Of a stretch of 64,000 bases of DNA, positions 49,921-64,000 are shown one piece after another. The stretch lies in contig OZ024758.1 in NCBI GenBank assembly GCA_964016885.1, forward strand, positions 26,412,001 through 26,476,000. Reading direction: 5' to 3'. How positions within the stretch are numbered: position 1 is the stretch's first letter; each line of letters starts with the position of its first letter. A program made the translations under genes and the position numbers. The notes beneath the pieces are model-generated. The model was given only the letters and a program-made list of their open reading frames with translations. It was not told where the DNA came from and ran no database searches. The stretch comes from Eledone cirrhosa (taxonomy: Eukaryota).

Positions 49921-52900
49921 ATATGTATAAACACACTCACACTCACTGAGTCATAGACCAAGTCAGTAGTGAAGCGTGTCTACTGCCCTCCTAGACAAAT
50001 AGAGAGTCAAAAGGACTCTTCAGCTGTGTGTGAGAGAGGAGAGTGCAGGAATGTATGTATGTATGTAAGCAAGATGCTGGTATCCAGCCCATCTGAAAGG
50101 TCATCAAGTAACTTCAATTATGTACCGAGATCTATAATCTGTCTATTATTGCTAGCAGGGAAAATGGACATTAAATGATGACGATAATGATGATTTACAA
50201 ATAACTTTAATAACTTTCGGCCAGTATTGGCCCAGGCCATGTCTAACTTAATAACAGCACCCAGCTCATATACATAATATATATTTATATAATGGTTTAC
50301 TGGGGGAAAAAAAAAAAAAAATCTTAATACCCATCCCTCTCCAAATTTCATGTAAATATTTAGATATATATTATATATTATAAATCAAGTGTAAATGCTG
50401 CAGTTGTTAATATAAAATACATGGGTGAAATTAGCTCAATATCCTGTAGTGTTGTTTTTTTTTTGTTTTTTTTTTGTTTTTTAGATCTACATATTTAGAC
50501 AGAATGGCTAAATGTTGTTGGTTTCAGACTAATCAACTGTATTCATACAAAGTTATCTTGAAATGGAAATAACCTAAAATGCTTAGGGGCAGGCACTCCA
50601 AATATTTAACAAGCCACTTACAATCTAATTTGGAGCTCCACTATACAGTAAAGTATTTATTTTACAGTATAAATCAATTTTGAAAGAATTTTTACTCTGG
50701 AGTGCAAACTATATGACATTCAGTTTATAGAACAAAGCCATCGTGCTACTTTAGATTAAGTTGTCTAAGAGCAATAGATATTTATCAAATTTTTAGAATT
50801 CTTTCATTCTAAACTTATTTCTTTGTTCTATGTGGGGATGATGAGGAAGAAAGAAGTACTACAAAGGTTTTTAAAGGTAAAATACAAACATCAATTAAAT
50901 TTATCTCTTCTACAATTTCAAAATGATTACTTTCGAGGCATTTGGCACTTGTCACCTTTATTTTTCTATTACACTATGACTTTTTAAAGAAAATTTTATT
51001 TTTCACTCTACTATGCCTAAAGCATAAGTAAAACTGGAAGAAGAATTAAAATATAAATTAAGAAAGTGGTACAAGGTAATACAAAGTTGCAGTTTTCAGT
51101 TGTAATGCAATACTTTATGATAATACAATTTCAAGAGTAAGAACTTTATTTAACTCTTAATGTCCTCTACTGCATAAGACCACATTAGCAAAGATATTCT
51201 AGAAAAAAACACAAAAAAAAAACAAAAAAACATTAAAAATTGAAGTCTTTAGTTTACTGCAAATTTTCACAATCTTCCCACTAGTAAAGGCACTATAAAC
51301 ATTTGAATGAACAAACCTGTTTTTAGATAATTTCTACTAAATCATTACAGGATGCTAAGAGCTCCATTAACCCTATGTTCAAACCGGCCAAAACTGGCCA
51401 GAATTCTCTACCTCTTTCTGTTGAAACTGGTCACTCAAACTGATGTTAAGGTATTGCTTCCAAAATCTCATAGATTCGATATTATGTGAGACAATTATGT
51501 GAGGTAAAGCCTTTACCATGAAAATATAATAGTATATGTAGAGTAATGTGAATGCTAAAGGGTTAAAAAAAAAATCACATCTGATAATGATGCAATGGTC
51601 TTGATGTTTGAGAAAATAAAATTTAAGCAAATAATCTATCGATACCTCGAGCCCACATCACCCAATCTGACCGGGGCAACCAGGGAGGAGTTTTTCCAAC
51701 ATGAGTGAGGAGGCCCTGAATTTTAGATTTTGGAGTTTTGTACCATAAATCCAGAATAGTTTGGTATCAAACTTGGAATGCTCCCCAGAGCTTGGCCCCA
51801 CATGTGCCAATATAGCTAGAAATGGGAAGTGTGGAGGTCAACCAAGGAGGGGTTCTTCCAACAGGAGTGAGGACCTGGATTTTGGAGTTTTGTACCATAA
51901 ATCCAAAGCAGTTTGGCATCAAACTTGGAATGCTCAGCCAGAGCTGAACAGCTCAATTGTAAGTTGTACTAAGATGAAAGTTTACTTAGTATTTATTAAA
52001 TAAAATGTTTTAACTTTTTACTACCAGAAGAGGAAACAAAAACATGTCTCATATATAATTAACATCATATTAATATATTAAAGTAGTTTAGTGGAAATAC
52101 TAAACTGTAAATACAAACTTTATTAGCTTCCTTATTATTGCAGTTATTATCATGATGGACCCTGTGGCAAGGAGGTATAATATATTTATATTATATTGAG
52201 AGATTGAGAGCTATAAAAGTTGAGACTAGCTAGCAGGAAAATGCTGATTTTCTGTCAGAAACAATATACTTCTAACAAAAGAAAATATCCTGACTCAGTA
52301 TTAACTTCCATATTGTAACTCTGCTCTACCTTATGAGAGTCAGCAGAAAAGTTCATAGGCTGACCAAGATACTCTCATGGAATAACCAAACGAGGTTTAT
52401 TTTTCAATATAGTCCCTAGAAAGAAACAATCCGGTTATTAATAAGAGTTGAAATTAATGAGCTGAAATTAATGCAAGATTTCAGTTCTAGCATCATTCCT
52501 TCATAGTCAGGCTATGAACTTTTCAGCCGACCCACGTAAAACTCTATTGCCCCTGATTAACCCTTTAGCAATTAAACCAGCCGTATCGGGCCAGAATTCT
52601 CTCACTCCTTTCTGTTCAAACTGGCTGTAACTGGCTGCTCATACTGATATTAAGGTATTGTTCTCAAAATAAATAGCATCAAAATCTCATAGATTCGATA
52701 TTATGTAAGATAATTACGTAATAAAAAGCTTTTACCACAAAAATACAATAGTATATATAGAGTAATGTAAATGGTAAAGGGTTAAGATAAAAGAAAATTT
52801 ACTAATTAGACGGAACAATTAGACATCTTATGCAATAGTTAAGTATATGAGAAAATGTAGGTGGTTTTAGCATAAGCTGCTATATATGTATGAACAAACT

Positions 52901-53052
52901 TTACTTAAGATGATGATGATGTCTATTTGAAAGTATGTCAATTCATGTGTGGTTTAAGTCTATAAAAAAAATTGCATGCCATGTTGGTAATCAATGATAA
53001 GTGTGAGTATACCATGTTAGCGTGGAAAAATGTACGTAAAATGATGATGATA

Positions 53053-53087
<35 letters not shown>

Positions 53088-53090
<3 letters not shown>

Positions 53091-53307
53091 GGGTGTCCCC
53101 CAAAAATGTATACATAAAGGCTATGCATTTTAATAAATATTGTCTGTACAAGTAATCAGTGTGTATATATTCTTTAGGACACCGTGTGCACACACACACA
53201 TGCACGCACACACACGGTGTCCCCCAAAAATGTATACACAAAGGCTGTGCATTCTAATAAATATTGTCTGTACAAGTAATCAGTGTATACATTTTTGGGA
53301 CACCCTG
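53088..53307. mobile_element. Two tandem Tc1-like MITEs in (CA)/(TG) context
   Basis: CAGGGTGTCCCC(C)AAAAATGTATAC...GTATACATTTTTGGGACACCCTG TIRs. Single ends also at ~39694, 43096 and 47255. Confidence 0.7.
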
Positions 53308-53525
53308 TGTGTGTATATATATATATAAAATTGAATATTTGACAGTGTTTGTATTTATATACAATAGTGACAATAAGTATTGTTTGTGTATTGTTCATCA
53401 TAAGTGAATGTTCATATAAGGACTCCTTTATAATGAATGTATGCACACACAAGTGGATAAGTGTATACTTAAGCGTAATGTGCACTTATTAAACTTAGAA
53501 TATTTGCATAGAACTATGTACATCT

Positions 53526-54016
53526 GCTTCAGTGGCTATAAATGGTTGCTTCAGTGGCTATAAATGGTTGCTTCAGTGGCTACAAATGGTTGCTTCAGTG
53601 GCTATAAATGGTTGCTTCAGTGGCTACAAATGGTTGCTTCAGTGGCTACAAATGGTTGCTTCAGTGGCTATAAATGGTTGCTTCAGTGGCTACAAATGGT
53701 TGCTTCAGTGGCTATAAATGGTTGCTTCAGTGGCTATAAATGGTTGCTTCAGTGGCTATAAATGGTTGCTTCAGTGGCTATAAATGGTTGCTTCAGTGGC
53801 TATAAATGGTTGCTTCAGTGGCTATAAATGGTTGCTTCAGTGGCTATAAATGGTTGCTTCAGTGGCTATAAATGGTTGCTTCAGTGGCTACAAATGGTTG
53901 CTTCAGTGGCTATAAATGGTTGCTTCAGTGGCTATAAATGGTTGCTTCAGTGGCTATAAATGGTTGCTTCAGTGGCTATAAATGGTTGCTTCAGTGGCTA
54001 TAAATGGTTGCTTCAG
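53526..54016. repeat. 22-bp minisatellite GCTTCAGTGGCTAYAAATGGTT x 22.3
   Basis: Perfect array with a single variable T/C site. Confidence 0.98.
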
Positions 54017-54364
54017 ACAAAGATTTTGGATGTTTCAGGTGGTGTACAAGGATAATACAAGCATTTATTCAGGTACAAAACATGACTCATTACATATAAA
54101 TGCAGCAATTTGATATCTGGTTATCTTGTAATAGAGCATGTTAGTATTTATTGCAGAAAACTACATAAATATAGACAACAAGTGGGCATTTACTTGGTTA
54201 TTCAACCTGCTAGAAATAGAAAGCAAATCATACACTACTGTCTCACTTTATTAACTGATATAAAAAAAAAGTCTGGATTGCCATGGATGGAATGTATTTG
54301 ATCATAAGTCTGATAAACCTGACCTGGTATGGATCTAAACAACATAAGCCATTAATGGTAAACC

Positions 54365-54655
54365 AAGTCTTTTGAACATCATTTGGGTTCACCTGGACAC
54401 CTTCTCCTCCATCGCACACTTATTCCTGAGAGTGTCATGGGCGCAGGAGTCCTCAAACACTCCTTCCTGTGGGTCCTGCTAGAAGAAACCGCCTCTAACT
54501 AATTCAGCTAGATCTCCTAGCAAGACCAGCCAAACTCATGGATGTTATCCAATCATCTTGTTCGAGGTCTATCCCTGGGTCTCTTGCTGGTTGATTTTAC
54601 CCGTAAAATCTGTCCAACGATTCTTTCCTGAGACATTCTAACCACATGCCCATTG
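54365..54655 (-). mobile_element. RTE LINE 3' fragment (third subfamily)
   Basis: GHVVRMSQERIVGQILRVKSTSKRPRDRPRTR*LDNI on the minus strand. Related piece at 49150-49280. Confidence 0.75.
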
Positions 54656-55056
54656 GACTATATAGGAAGAAAATAATGGCAGAGGATGTGGTGACTCACT
54701 TTTCACATAAAAAAAGAGCTTAAGATATTCTAAATTTGAAAAAAATGTACACACCATTGATCTGGTCTTATGATAACAATAAGTAAAGAGTTTCATGACT
54801 GTATTTTTAATGACATATATCCTATTTCAATTAATCAATGAAGAATTTTGAAAGATTTATTAAAATCATTAATTATTTCATTACAAAGATGGTAACTAAA
54901 CATATGATTCTTATATTAAATCATATTGGAAGATTGTGAATTAAATAAAAGCACTTTAAAATGTGTGGTTTTGTGGGTTTTTTTTAAAATAGGGTCTTCA
55001 ATTGGCCAGAATACCCTGTTAGTTAACAATCTGTAGTTAACAGAGAAAAAGGTTAC

Positions 55057-55198
55057 ATCTATTCTCTGGTAACCTGTGGTACTAAAAAGCTCCCCCCTCT
55101 CTAATCCAGCTCTATGCAACAGCTCTAACCTGTTATAAATACCATCTGAAAGACATTCTTCTGTGAATGCCACAGAGAAGCTGATGAAGTAGAAAAAC
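55057..55198 (-). CDS. Possible internal exon of an unknown gene (3' boundary uncertain)
   Basis: Acceptor TTCTGTTGATTTTAATCTTCAG at 55199; frame FFYFISFSVAFTEECLSDGIYNR... is phase-compatible with the exon at 60925-61075. Several weak candidate donors (55143, 55130, 55057). Confidence 0.3.
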
Positions 55199-58100
55199 CT
55201 GAAGATTAAAATCAACAGAATATGGATATGAAGACTGGATTGATCCCAGGTGTCATAGGAGTGCTAGGACCCATGAAGAAGAGATTCAAGGTGTTCACCA
55301 ACTGTGTCAAGGCAATATCTACACAATCCAAACAATTACCCTACTTGCAACATACATACTATTTCCCTATAGAACCCCAGGAGCAGAATATGGAGACAGT
55401 TCTACAGGATGTAAAAATGAAAATACAGAAGAAATAATTGTTTCTACTTTATTAAGCACAAGGCCAGCAATTTTGGGGGAAGGGAAAGTTGATTAATCAA
55501 CCTCAGTGCATTACTGGTACTTTATTTCATCAACCCCGTAAGGATGAAAATTAACCTCAGCAGGATTTGAAATCAGAACATAAAGGGTCGTAACTATAAG
55601 CTGCAAAACATGCTTTTCCAACGCTCTGCCAATCCACTGCCCTTGACAATATCATTAATTATAATTAATGTTATTTCACCTTCTAATGAGCAGTGATTAT
55701 TGGTATATCAACTACTTCATCCGCATGTAATACAGCCCTCACACACCTATCTTACATTGCTTTATATACACAAAGATCATCTCTGCTAAATCGTCTAGCT
55801 AATCTACATGTCTATTTGCCACAAATAATCTTATAGAGTACACAACACAAACTAGTTGCCAATCAATTAATTTATCCTCTTATCAACTAAATCCTTCCTT
55901 ATAAGTATTATTTAGACAATTTGGCTACCAACACAACAATATCAACAACTTCTGTTCCTATCAAAATAAATAACTGGGCTGCAAATAAAAACCAGAAACA
56001 CATGATTTTTATTGTTTATTTGATGCCAGAATGAACATTAAGCTAGTTATATCTATATAAATAGACAATATTTCCTTATATACATGATTACCCATATTTT
56101 TATCCATCCCTCCTCCTTTAAATTGATTCTACCTCTTTCTCTCACTCTTGACGTTAAACAACGATGATGATGATGGTGATGATTGTGTGTGTGTGTGTGT
56201 GTGCATCATCATCATCATCATTTAACGTCTATTTTCCATGCTAGCATGGGCAGGATAGGCAGTCCCTTTGTGAGAGATCAGGTCAGAGGACTGTTTCACT
56301 CGCACAGGGCTGATTTGGGTTTGGTTTCTATGGATGGATGCCCTTCCTAACGTGTACGCGCGCACACACACACACACACACACAGTACCCGTCTCAAACA
56401 TTGAAGGCTTTATAAATATTTTATTTAATTCATTGATTACAACATTTTGTGTAAAGATGCTTGAATCAAGAAGTTTTTCTAGACCTTCTTCTGGCCATCA
56501 CCTTATTTGATTTAAATCAATTACAATAATTTTCTTACATATTTTCTTCTTCAACCATTATCAAATATATAAAGGCAAAGTTAACCTCGGTGGGATTTGA
56601 ACTCAGACCGTAAAGGAACGTAACTATGCTGGAAAGCAGTCGGATGCCATGCTTTCCAGCATAGTTACGTCCCTTTACGGTCTGAGTTCAAATCCCGCTG
56701 AGGTTAACTTTGCCTTTCATCCTTACGGGGTCGATAAAACAAAGTACCAGTAATGTACTGGGTAATTGATGGCCTTGTGCCAAAAGTAGAAACAATTATC
56801 AAATATATAGTCACTCAATTAAGAAGACTCTGTTCTATGTATCTGTCTAATTTTGAATTGCTATTGGAATTTATGCAATGATGTTGTTGATATCCTTCTT
56901 GTCTGAAGATAGATATATTGGTAAATATACTATACTATAATATGGAGGCACATGGCTTAGTGGTTAGAGCACTGGCCTTGCAATCGAAAGGTTGCGAGTT
57001 CAATTCTCAGGTTAAGTGATGTGTTGTTTCCTTCAGCAAGACACTTTATTTCACATTGCTCCAGTTTACTCAGTCCTATCATCTCATTTCTACAGCTAAG
57101 TTCCCTATCATTCCAATGCAAAGTGGTCGTGAAGGTGCCACGGCAAAAAAGCACCCAGCACTCACTGTAAATGAGGTTGGTGTTAGGAAGGGCATCCAGC
57201 TGTAGAAATCAAGCCAGAATCAGTTTCCGTCCCACCCTTGCAAGCAGGGAAAAAGTGGACGTGAAATGAAATGAAATGAATACATAAATAGATAAACAGA
57301 TAAAAATATAGACAAATAGTTAGAGATAGTCTATCTTACTATATCTGTTTGATTGGTCTAACAGATAGGTATATAGATGCTTTTATTATCCAAAAATAAG
57401 TGTGTAGCTATAAATAGTTGTTCTACCACAGACCATCTTATCAACACTGTGTGAGAGTAATAGGGAAGAAGATATTGATGTTCAAATTACCAGACAAATC
57501 CAACACAAAGTGATTGTTATATTTTTATAATTATGTTGTGTGTATGTGCTAGGGGAGTGGATTGGCAGTATCAGTAGGGCATCAGGCACCATACTTCATG
57601 GCATAGAGTTACAGCCTTTTACGTTCTGTGTTCAATTCCTGTGGAAGTTAGCTTTGCCCTTCATCCTTAAGGGGTTGATAAAATAAAGTACCAGTAACTG
57701 GGGTCAATTTAATCAACTTCCCCCTCCCCCAAAATTGCTGGCCTTGAGCCTAAATAAGAAACCTCTCTTAAACAAACAAGGACCAAAACCCCAACCCCAA
57801 CACTCCAAACCAAACAACACAAACACCTGCAACATCCACTCCTTCCACACCACCACAGACCAGAGACAACCACACAAAATCCCACTGAAAAACCCTCCAT
57901 TGCCTCCCCTCCCCCTGTATTATTAATGATAACTTTGCCTTTCATCCTTACGGGGTCGATAAAATAAAGTACCAGTATTGCACTGGGTAATTGCTGGCCT
58001 TGTGCCAAAAGTAGAAACAATTATAATTAATGATTTGGCAGTGTCGGTAGAGGGCCGGACGCCATGTTTTGACGCATAGAGTTACGGCCCTTGCCATTCT

Positions 58101-60924
58101 GAGTTCAAATCCCGCCGAGGTTAACTTTGCCTTTCAACCTTACGGGGGTCGATAAAATAAAGTACCAGTAATGCACTGGGATAATTGCTGGCCTTGTGCC
58201 AAAAGTAGAAATAATTATGTTCTGTGAGTGAGTGTAGCTCACATCTATCTCATATTCTACTTTTTCTAGATAGCATTCACCATACTTATAACATTATTTT
58301 TCATGTTTCTATTTATCTAAAATTTATGGCAAAGATTAAAAAAAGTGCTAAAAGACAAGCCCACTCTTACATGACATGTGAGCATAAACAAACTAATATA
58401 TATGCTGAAGAAAACCTTTTTGAAATCCCAAGGCATATTTCTAACTATCCAAATTTAGTCTTAATTCTAAACATCCTTTGAAATATATACATCAAATACA
58501 TTCATAAGCTCTCAATTTCTTTCAAAAACAAGCAGTGTTTGTGTTATTTGTGTGTTGTGTGTATGTATGTGTGTATGTGCACATGTTTTTATGTTGTGTG
58601 CACATATGTATGTTTGTATGTATGTCTTATTTTCCAAAGAAGAAATAACCCAAACTTCAAAGTCAATGCCATTTTTTTTTTTTTGTTTTTTTTTGTTTTT
58701 TTTTTCGAAATAAAATATTTATTCTGTTATATCTATTGACTATTCAGCTATTCATTCAGTGGATGTTTGGTTATTTCTATGATTATACAAAAAAAACCAC
58801 TTCCGTTATTGTGTGTGTCTATATGTATAAAATATACACACACACACATACATGTAAACTGTGTTCACTACACCAAATGTGTAAGTGCTTCCTTTGCTGT
58901 ATGTACAAATAGCTGATTACATATCTAACTATATGCATGCACATAAAATTACATACACGTGTGTCTGAGTGTGTGCATGTGTAAATATACACACATACAT
59001 GTAAACTATGTGTTCATCACATTATGTGTGAGTGCTTCTTTCACTCTATGTACAAATAGAAAATTACTATATGCATGCACATATAAAATTAGAGAGAGAG
59101 AGAGAGAGGGATCAAAGTGATGATTTTGGCAGATATGGTAACACAATTGTTAGTTTTATCCCTCTAAATTCAGAAGTGCTGTGACTTTGCTTAACCCTTT
59201 AGCATTCACATTACTCGATATATACTATTATATTTCCATGGTAAAGGCTTTATCTCACATAATTATCTCACATAATTATCTCACATAATATCGAATCTAT
59301 GAGATTTTGAAAGTATTCATTTTGAGAACAATACCTTAACATCAGTATGAGTGGCTAGTTACAGCCAGTTTCAACAGAAAGAGGTAGAGAATTCTGGCCG
59401 GTTTTGGCCGGTTTGAACATAAAAGGGTTAAATAAACTACAATTCTCTTTTACAAAGTTAGTATTAAAAAAAAAAAAACACGTTTCTAATAAAAGACACT
59501 GCCTGTAATTTTGAAAATAATCAAGAATTTGGAGGGAATTAATAATGTAACTAATTTGCTCATTACTTAGCTGGCATTTGGAGCATAACTTAACAAAGGT
59601 TCTTACATAAAATCATGATCGAATGGTTTTAGATAAATATAAGAGTTGTGCTGGTGACACTCAGTACAATCTGTAAGGTGGTCATGCTGGCGACATGACA
59701 AATGTCCACTTTACCCTGTAAGGTGGTTGTGCTAGTGACATGACAAAAACCATCCAGACCACCTTGTTAGATGTTCGTTTTAATGCCAATGATAAAAAGC
59801 ACCCAGTCCTCACTGTAATGTGATTACTGTAAAGGACATCCAGCCATAGAAACCAAGTCAAAATACAGATCTGTATCTCCTGATCTGACTCGTCTTATAA
59901 CACAACTTGTCAACCCATGGAAAATGGATGTTTAAACGATGTTGATGAACATTTTAAAATAAAGTTTTGTATCAAAAGGGGTTATGTCAAGTTAGCAAAA
60001 TAACATATTAGCATTTCAGGCATGACCATACTATTTTTAGACCTTTCTAGAATTACGTTATTTAATGATTGTTTTGGGGTTTTGTAAGATGATAGGGTGT
60101 GATTTGAAGAAGATTTAACTATTATTTTTAACAGACCTAGTGACTATAGAGAGACACCTTATTGGACTGTTTTTATTGCAAGTGTGAATAGAGCAGGAGG
60201 TTGTGCTGGGATAAATGAAATATCTGTGATTAAAAGAAGGTAAAGACCCCCTTCAGTCACAAATGACCATGGGATTGGCACCAAGAAAGTCCCTCTGCGG
60301 CACAAATGAGGGCAAGATTGTTTGTGGAAGACCAGCAGTTGCCCATGCAAACCAGTCTTCCCTCTCCACGCCACCAATGTTGTCGAAGGGAAAGGCAATG
60401 GCTGATACAGCTTGGCACCAGTGACATCGCAATTCATTTCTACAGCTGAGTAAACTGGAGCAACGTGAAATAAAGTGTCTTGCTCAAGGACACAACGCAT
60501 CACCTTGTCAAGAAGCAAACTCTTAACCTCCTGATTGCAAGCTCACATGTGTTGTGATTCGACCTTATAGGTGTGAGATGTAAAACATTTCATTTCCTTT
60601 CATTTTCAACCTAAAATTATAGTTGAAACCCAAACTGATACACAGTGGGAGTTGAACCAGATACCAGGTGTTTGCAAAACGAATTCATTAATCAAACCAT
60701 CATGCCTGCACTTATGAATGAAATAAATCAATGAATGGTTGATACCATAACATAAATACACTTTAGTATTTATCAAGACAAGTGTTTAGTTGTATCGCAT
60801 AACTTTTTCTATTTTTATTTTTCTTCTATTTCACCCTGTTTGTATACATTGTTATATGTACTATTAAAAATCCCAGCTTATGAACAAATTGTGTGTATAA
60901 CTAGGACACATTATTTCCACATAC

Positions 60925-61075
60925 ATATTGCTATTAAAGAAACTATTGGAAAGTCTGTGAACCAATTTAATGTAATGTTGTCTGATTAAAATAAAAGATT
61001 GTATTATGGTCTCTATGCTAAGTGAAGAACACTTAGTTGAACTTTTGGCCTCCCATGTAGCCATCTTCAGAGTAG
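60925..61075 (-). CDS. Possible exon with start codon, unknown gene
   Basis: Strong acceptor TTTTTTCTATTTTATCTTCAG (61076), ATG at 61064 in AAGATGG context, open frame MATWEAKSSTKCSS...FFNSN, donor GTATGT at 60924. Confidence 0.4.
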
Positions 61076-61139
61076 CTGAAGATAAAATAGAAAAAATATC
61101 TACCAATCAACCATTAGTGGATATCATTTATAATACTTT

Positions 61140-61306
61140 TAGAGGCAACAGTGAGAGTGGGGTTTTGGCAGTCAATATAGAGGCAACTGTGAGGGTGGGG
61201 TTTTGGCAGTCAATATAGAGGCAACTGTGAGGGTGGGGTTTTGGCAGTCAATATAGAGGCAACTGTGAGGGTGGGGTTTTGGCAGTCAATATAGAGGCAA
61301 CAGTGA
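61140..61306. repeat. 38-bp minisatellite x ~4.3
   Basis: TAGAGGCAACTGTGAGGGTGGGGTTTTGGCAGTCAATA with period 38. Confidence 0.95.
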
Positions 61307-62644
61307 AGGTAGGTAGGGTGTTGGCACAGTCAATATATCTACTCATTTAATGATCTACATTGAATTAAGAAATTGCTATTACCATTATTACAATCAAACC
61401 AAGCATTGTTAAAATGCCACGATTAAAGACTTCATTTTGTATCACTTCTTTCTTTGCACACCAATAGCTATCTCTTTATATCACAAAACTTTTGTGAAAA
61501 TTTTAAGAACCATTAACTTAATAAACACTGATAGATTGAATTGGATTGTTTGAAAAATCAATTTGAAGACTTAAAACATGTTACATATTCATTTTTTCCG
61601 CTCCTTTAGTCCGCTAGATGTTTATCTAGCAGTATTCAATTTACAAAACAAGTTTTTTTTTCTTTCCATAAAATCTAAAAGCAAACACTTTAAATGTTTT
61701 TCTAACACCTACAACATTAAATCTCTCTCTCCTCTCTCCACACACACACACTTTTCTTTCTATACTCAAGATGTTCTTAACTGACAAAATATAAAGACTA
61801 TAGGTACAATATGAACAGATCATGTTTCTCGTGTTTATTAGCAGATTTATCTTTAACCTTTTTGATATCAAACCGCCTGAAACCACTCTGGTTCTACAAT
61901 ACAAAACTGTTTAATTTAAAATGGTTGTATATATTTAACCCTTTAGCATTTAAACCAGCCGTAACTGGCCGCTAGATAATTATGTAAAATAAAGCCTTTA
62001 CTACAAAAATACAATAGTAGATATAGAGTAATGTAAATGCTAAGTGTTAAAACTCTTTCATCATAATTTTATGTGAACCTATATTTAGTTATGCCCCAAA
62101 CACCATCATGGTGATGAGAAAGTTAGTTAGATTATTTGAAAATATTATGGGAATGTCTTTCATTAGAAATATGGTAACAAAGGGGGTTAAAATTATACAG
62201 TCTTACCCCTCTCCCTTCTTGCTCACTTTCCTTCTCTGTCCCCTTTTGTGGCTTTTCGTGAGATGACATGAATGCTGAGCAAGTCTCTCTTAACATAAAG
62301 TTGAACAGGCATTGCAGTAAGCAATATGTTTACAAATAACGATACAAAAATTTGATAAGCAAAATAATAGAAAAATGCAAATGAAATAATAAAGGAAAAA
62401 CAGTAGAATTGCAAGAGGAAAATGAAGATTAGTGGAAAACAGCTTGAAAATATGATAAAAGCCTCTGTATTACAATACCATATTTTATAGATTCTACAGT
62501 GCTAAGTGTATCTGCTATAGTGACAACAGTGTGTGTGTGGGGAGGGGGTCTGTATGAGCAGGTGTGTCTCTGAATGCCTGTGTGTGCATATCTCTGTGTG
62601 TGTCTGTGCATATGTGTGTGTGTGTCTCTCTCTCGGTGTATGTC

Positions 62645-62677
<33 letters not shown>

Positions 62678-64000
62678 CTGTATGTGTGTGTATGCACATG
62701 CATCTCTAATGAAAGCAAGAATCCAGCTTTAGATAAATACATTAAGCAACAGAATATTTCAATGAAATGCAGTTGGTAGAATAGGATGAATGGATCTTGT
62801 TTTTGCAGAGTGACTTTAATGGCACTATAGATATATATGTCACTTGTGTAGACTTATAGATGTTTATTGCATACTGATCTCTAATGGTTTCTTTCAACTG
62901 TCTTAGTTTCCTATTTAGCGGCATGCATATGGTGTCCTATGATGTTGGTTTGTTCCTGATGATATCAAAGAAACTATACAGTAACAGGTCTTTTATTCAA
63001 CAATAGCCTTACTATGTAACACTTTCAGAATATGGTTAGGCTTCATATAGATCAGAGGTTCTCAAAGTGGGTGCTCTACCCACCCACTGCCTGGGGGGGG
63101 GGGGGTGTTGAGAAGGTATATGGGGGACGGTAGAGATGAAGTAATAGTATACAGCTAAAATTCCGTTATAACGAATACCATTATAACATTTTTCAGTATA
63201 ACATTTTTTTCAATCCCCGACACTTGATTTGTTTTGGTCGATCTCATTATAAAGAATGTTTTTTTTTATCTCCCAAGCTTAATGAATCCCAAACCACATT
63301 GTTTGATTTGTCCCTTTTTTTTTAAATTTAACCCTTTAGCATTTAAACTGGCCATATCCAGCCAGAATTCTCTCACCATTTTCTGTTCAAACCAGCTGTA
63401 ACTAGCTACTCATACTTATTTTAAGGTATTGTTCTCAAAATAAATATCAAAATCTCGTAGATTCAATATTATGTGAGATAAAGCCTTTACTGTGAAAATA
63501 TAATGGTAAATATAGGGTAATGTAAATGGTAAAGGGTTAAAGACTGTAAGTAATGTGTGGCCAGTGGAATAACAAAAAATACTCCAGTGTCCAGGAGTAA
63601 AAACACTTTTGGTTCCCACCTTAATTTAACACATAAGCCAGAGAAAGTTTTGTACCTCATGATTTGTGCACCTGGGAGCAACTGCCCCACCCCTCCAGAC
63701 CTCATTGCTATACCCACTATGTAGTAAAATATCCCTGTCAGGTTGTCTTTAATTATTTTACAAGGGAATTTATTTACATTGCATTTTTAAATGCAGACCC
63801 AGATCACACAAGAAAACATAGGATATATGCTTAGTACATACATATGTGGTATCTATCTATATGCAAGTGTCACTGCTGTAGATCATCATTTTACGTCTGC
63901 TTTTCCCTGCTTGCAAGGGTGGGACGGCAACTGATTCTGGCTTGATTTCTACAGCTGGATGCCCTTCCTAACACCAACCTCATTTACAGTGAGTGCTGGG

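Noticed and set aside
62956-62985. CTGATGA...GAAA hammerhead-like match
   Set aside because: No convincing stem I or II and no repeat-family context; likely chance.

Overview
AT-rich, repeat-dominated eukaryotic DNA. The tRNA-derived SINEs, RTE LINE tails ending in (ATG)n and dense (TA)n/(CA)n/(ACC)n microsatellites suggest an octopod cephalopod (inference from repeat style only). No intact, recognisable protein-coding gene is present, and almost all long ORFs in the track are microsatellite or SINE artefacts. Identifiable content: two abundant SINE families, RTE, CR1-like and CRE-like LINE fragments, piggyBac-, mariner/Tc1- and hAT-like MITEs, Helitron-like elements, several young satellites, and a few possible minus-strand exons. 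The most striking signal is a set of at least seven short element families embedded in (TA)n tracts and usually arranged as fold-back (inverted) duplications. Several carry minimal type I hammerhead ribozyme motifs (near-canonical at 22649-22706, 25404-25446, 36319-36363, 36496-36540 and 42202-42268; partial or variant elsewhere), and most share a short GAGTRCT motif near their ends. One family is physically linked to a decayed Penelope-like GIY-YIG endonuclease ORF (25644-26244), which ties the system to Penelope-like retroelements. All alignments and RNA folds were done by eye; coordinates may be off by a few bases.
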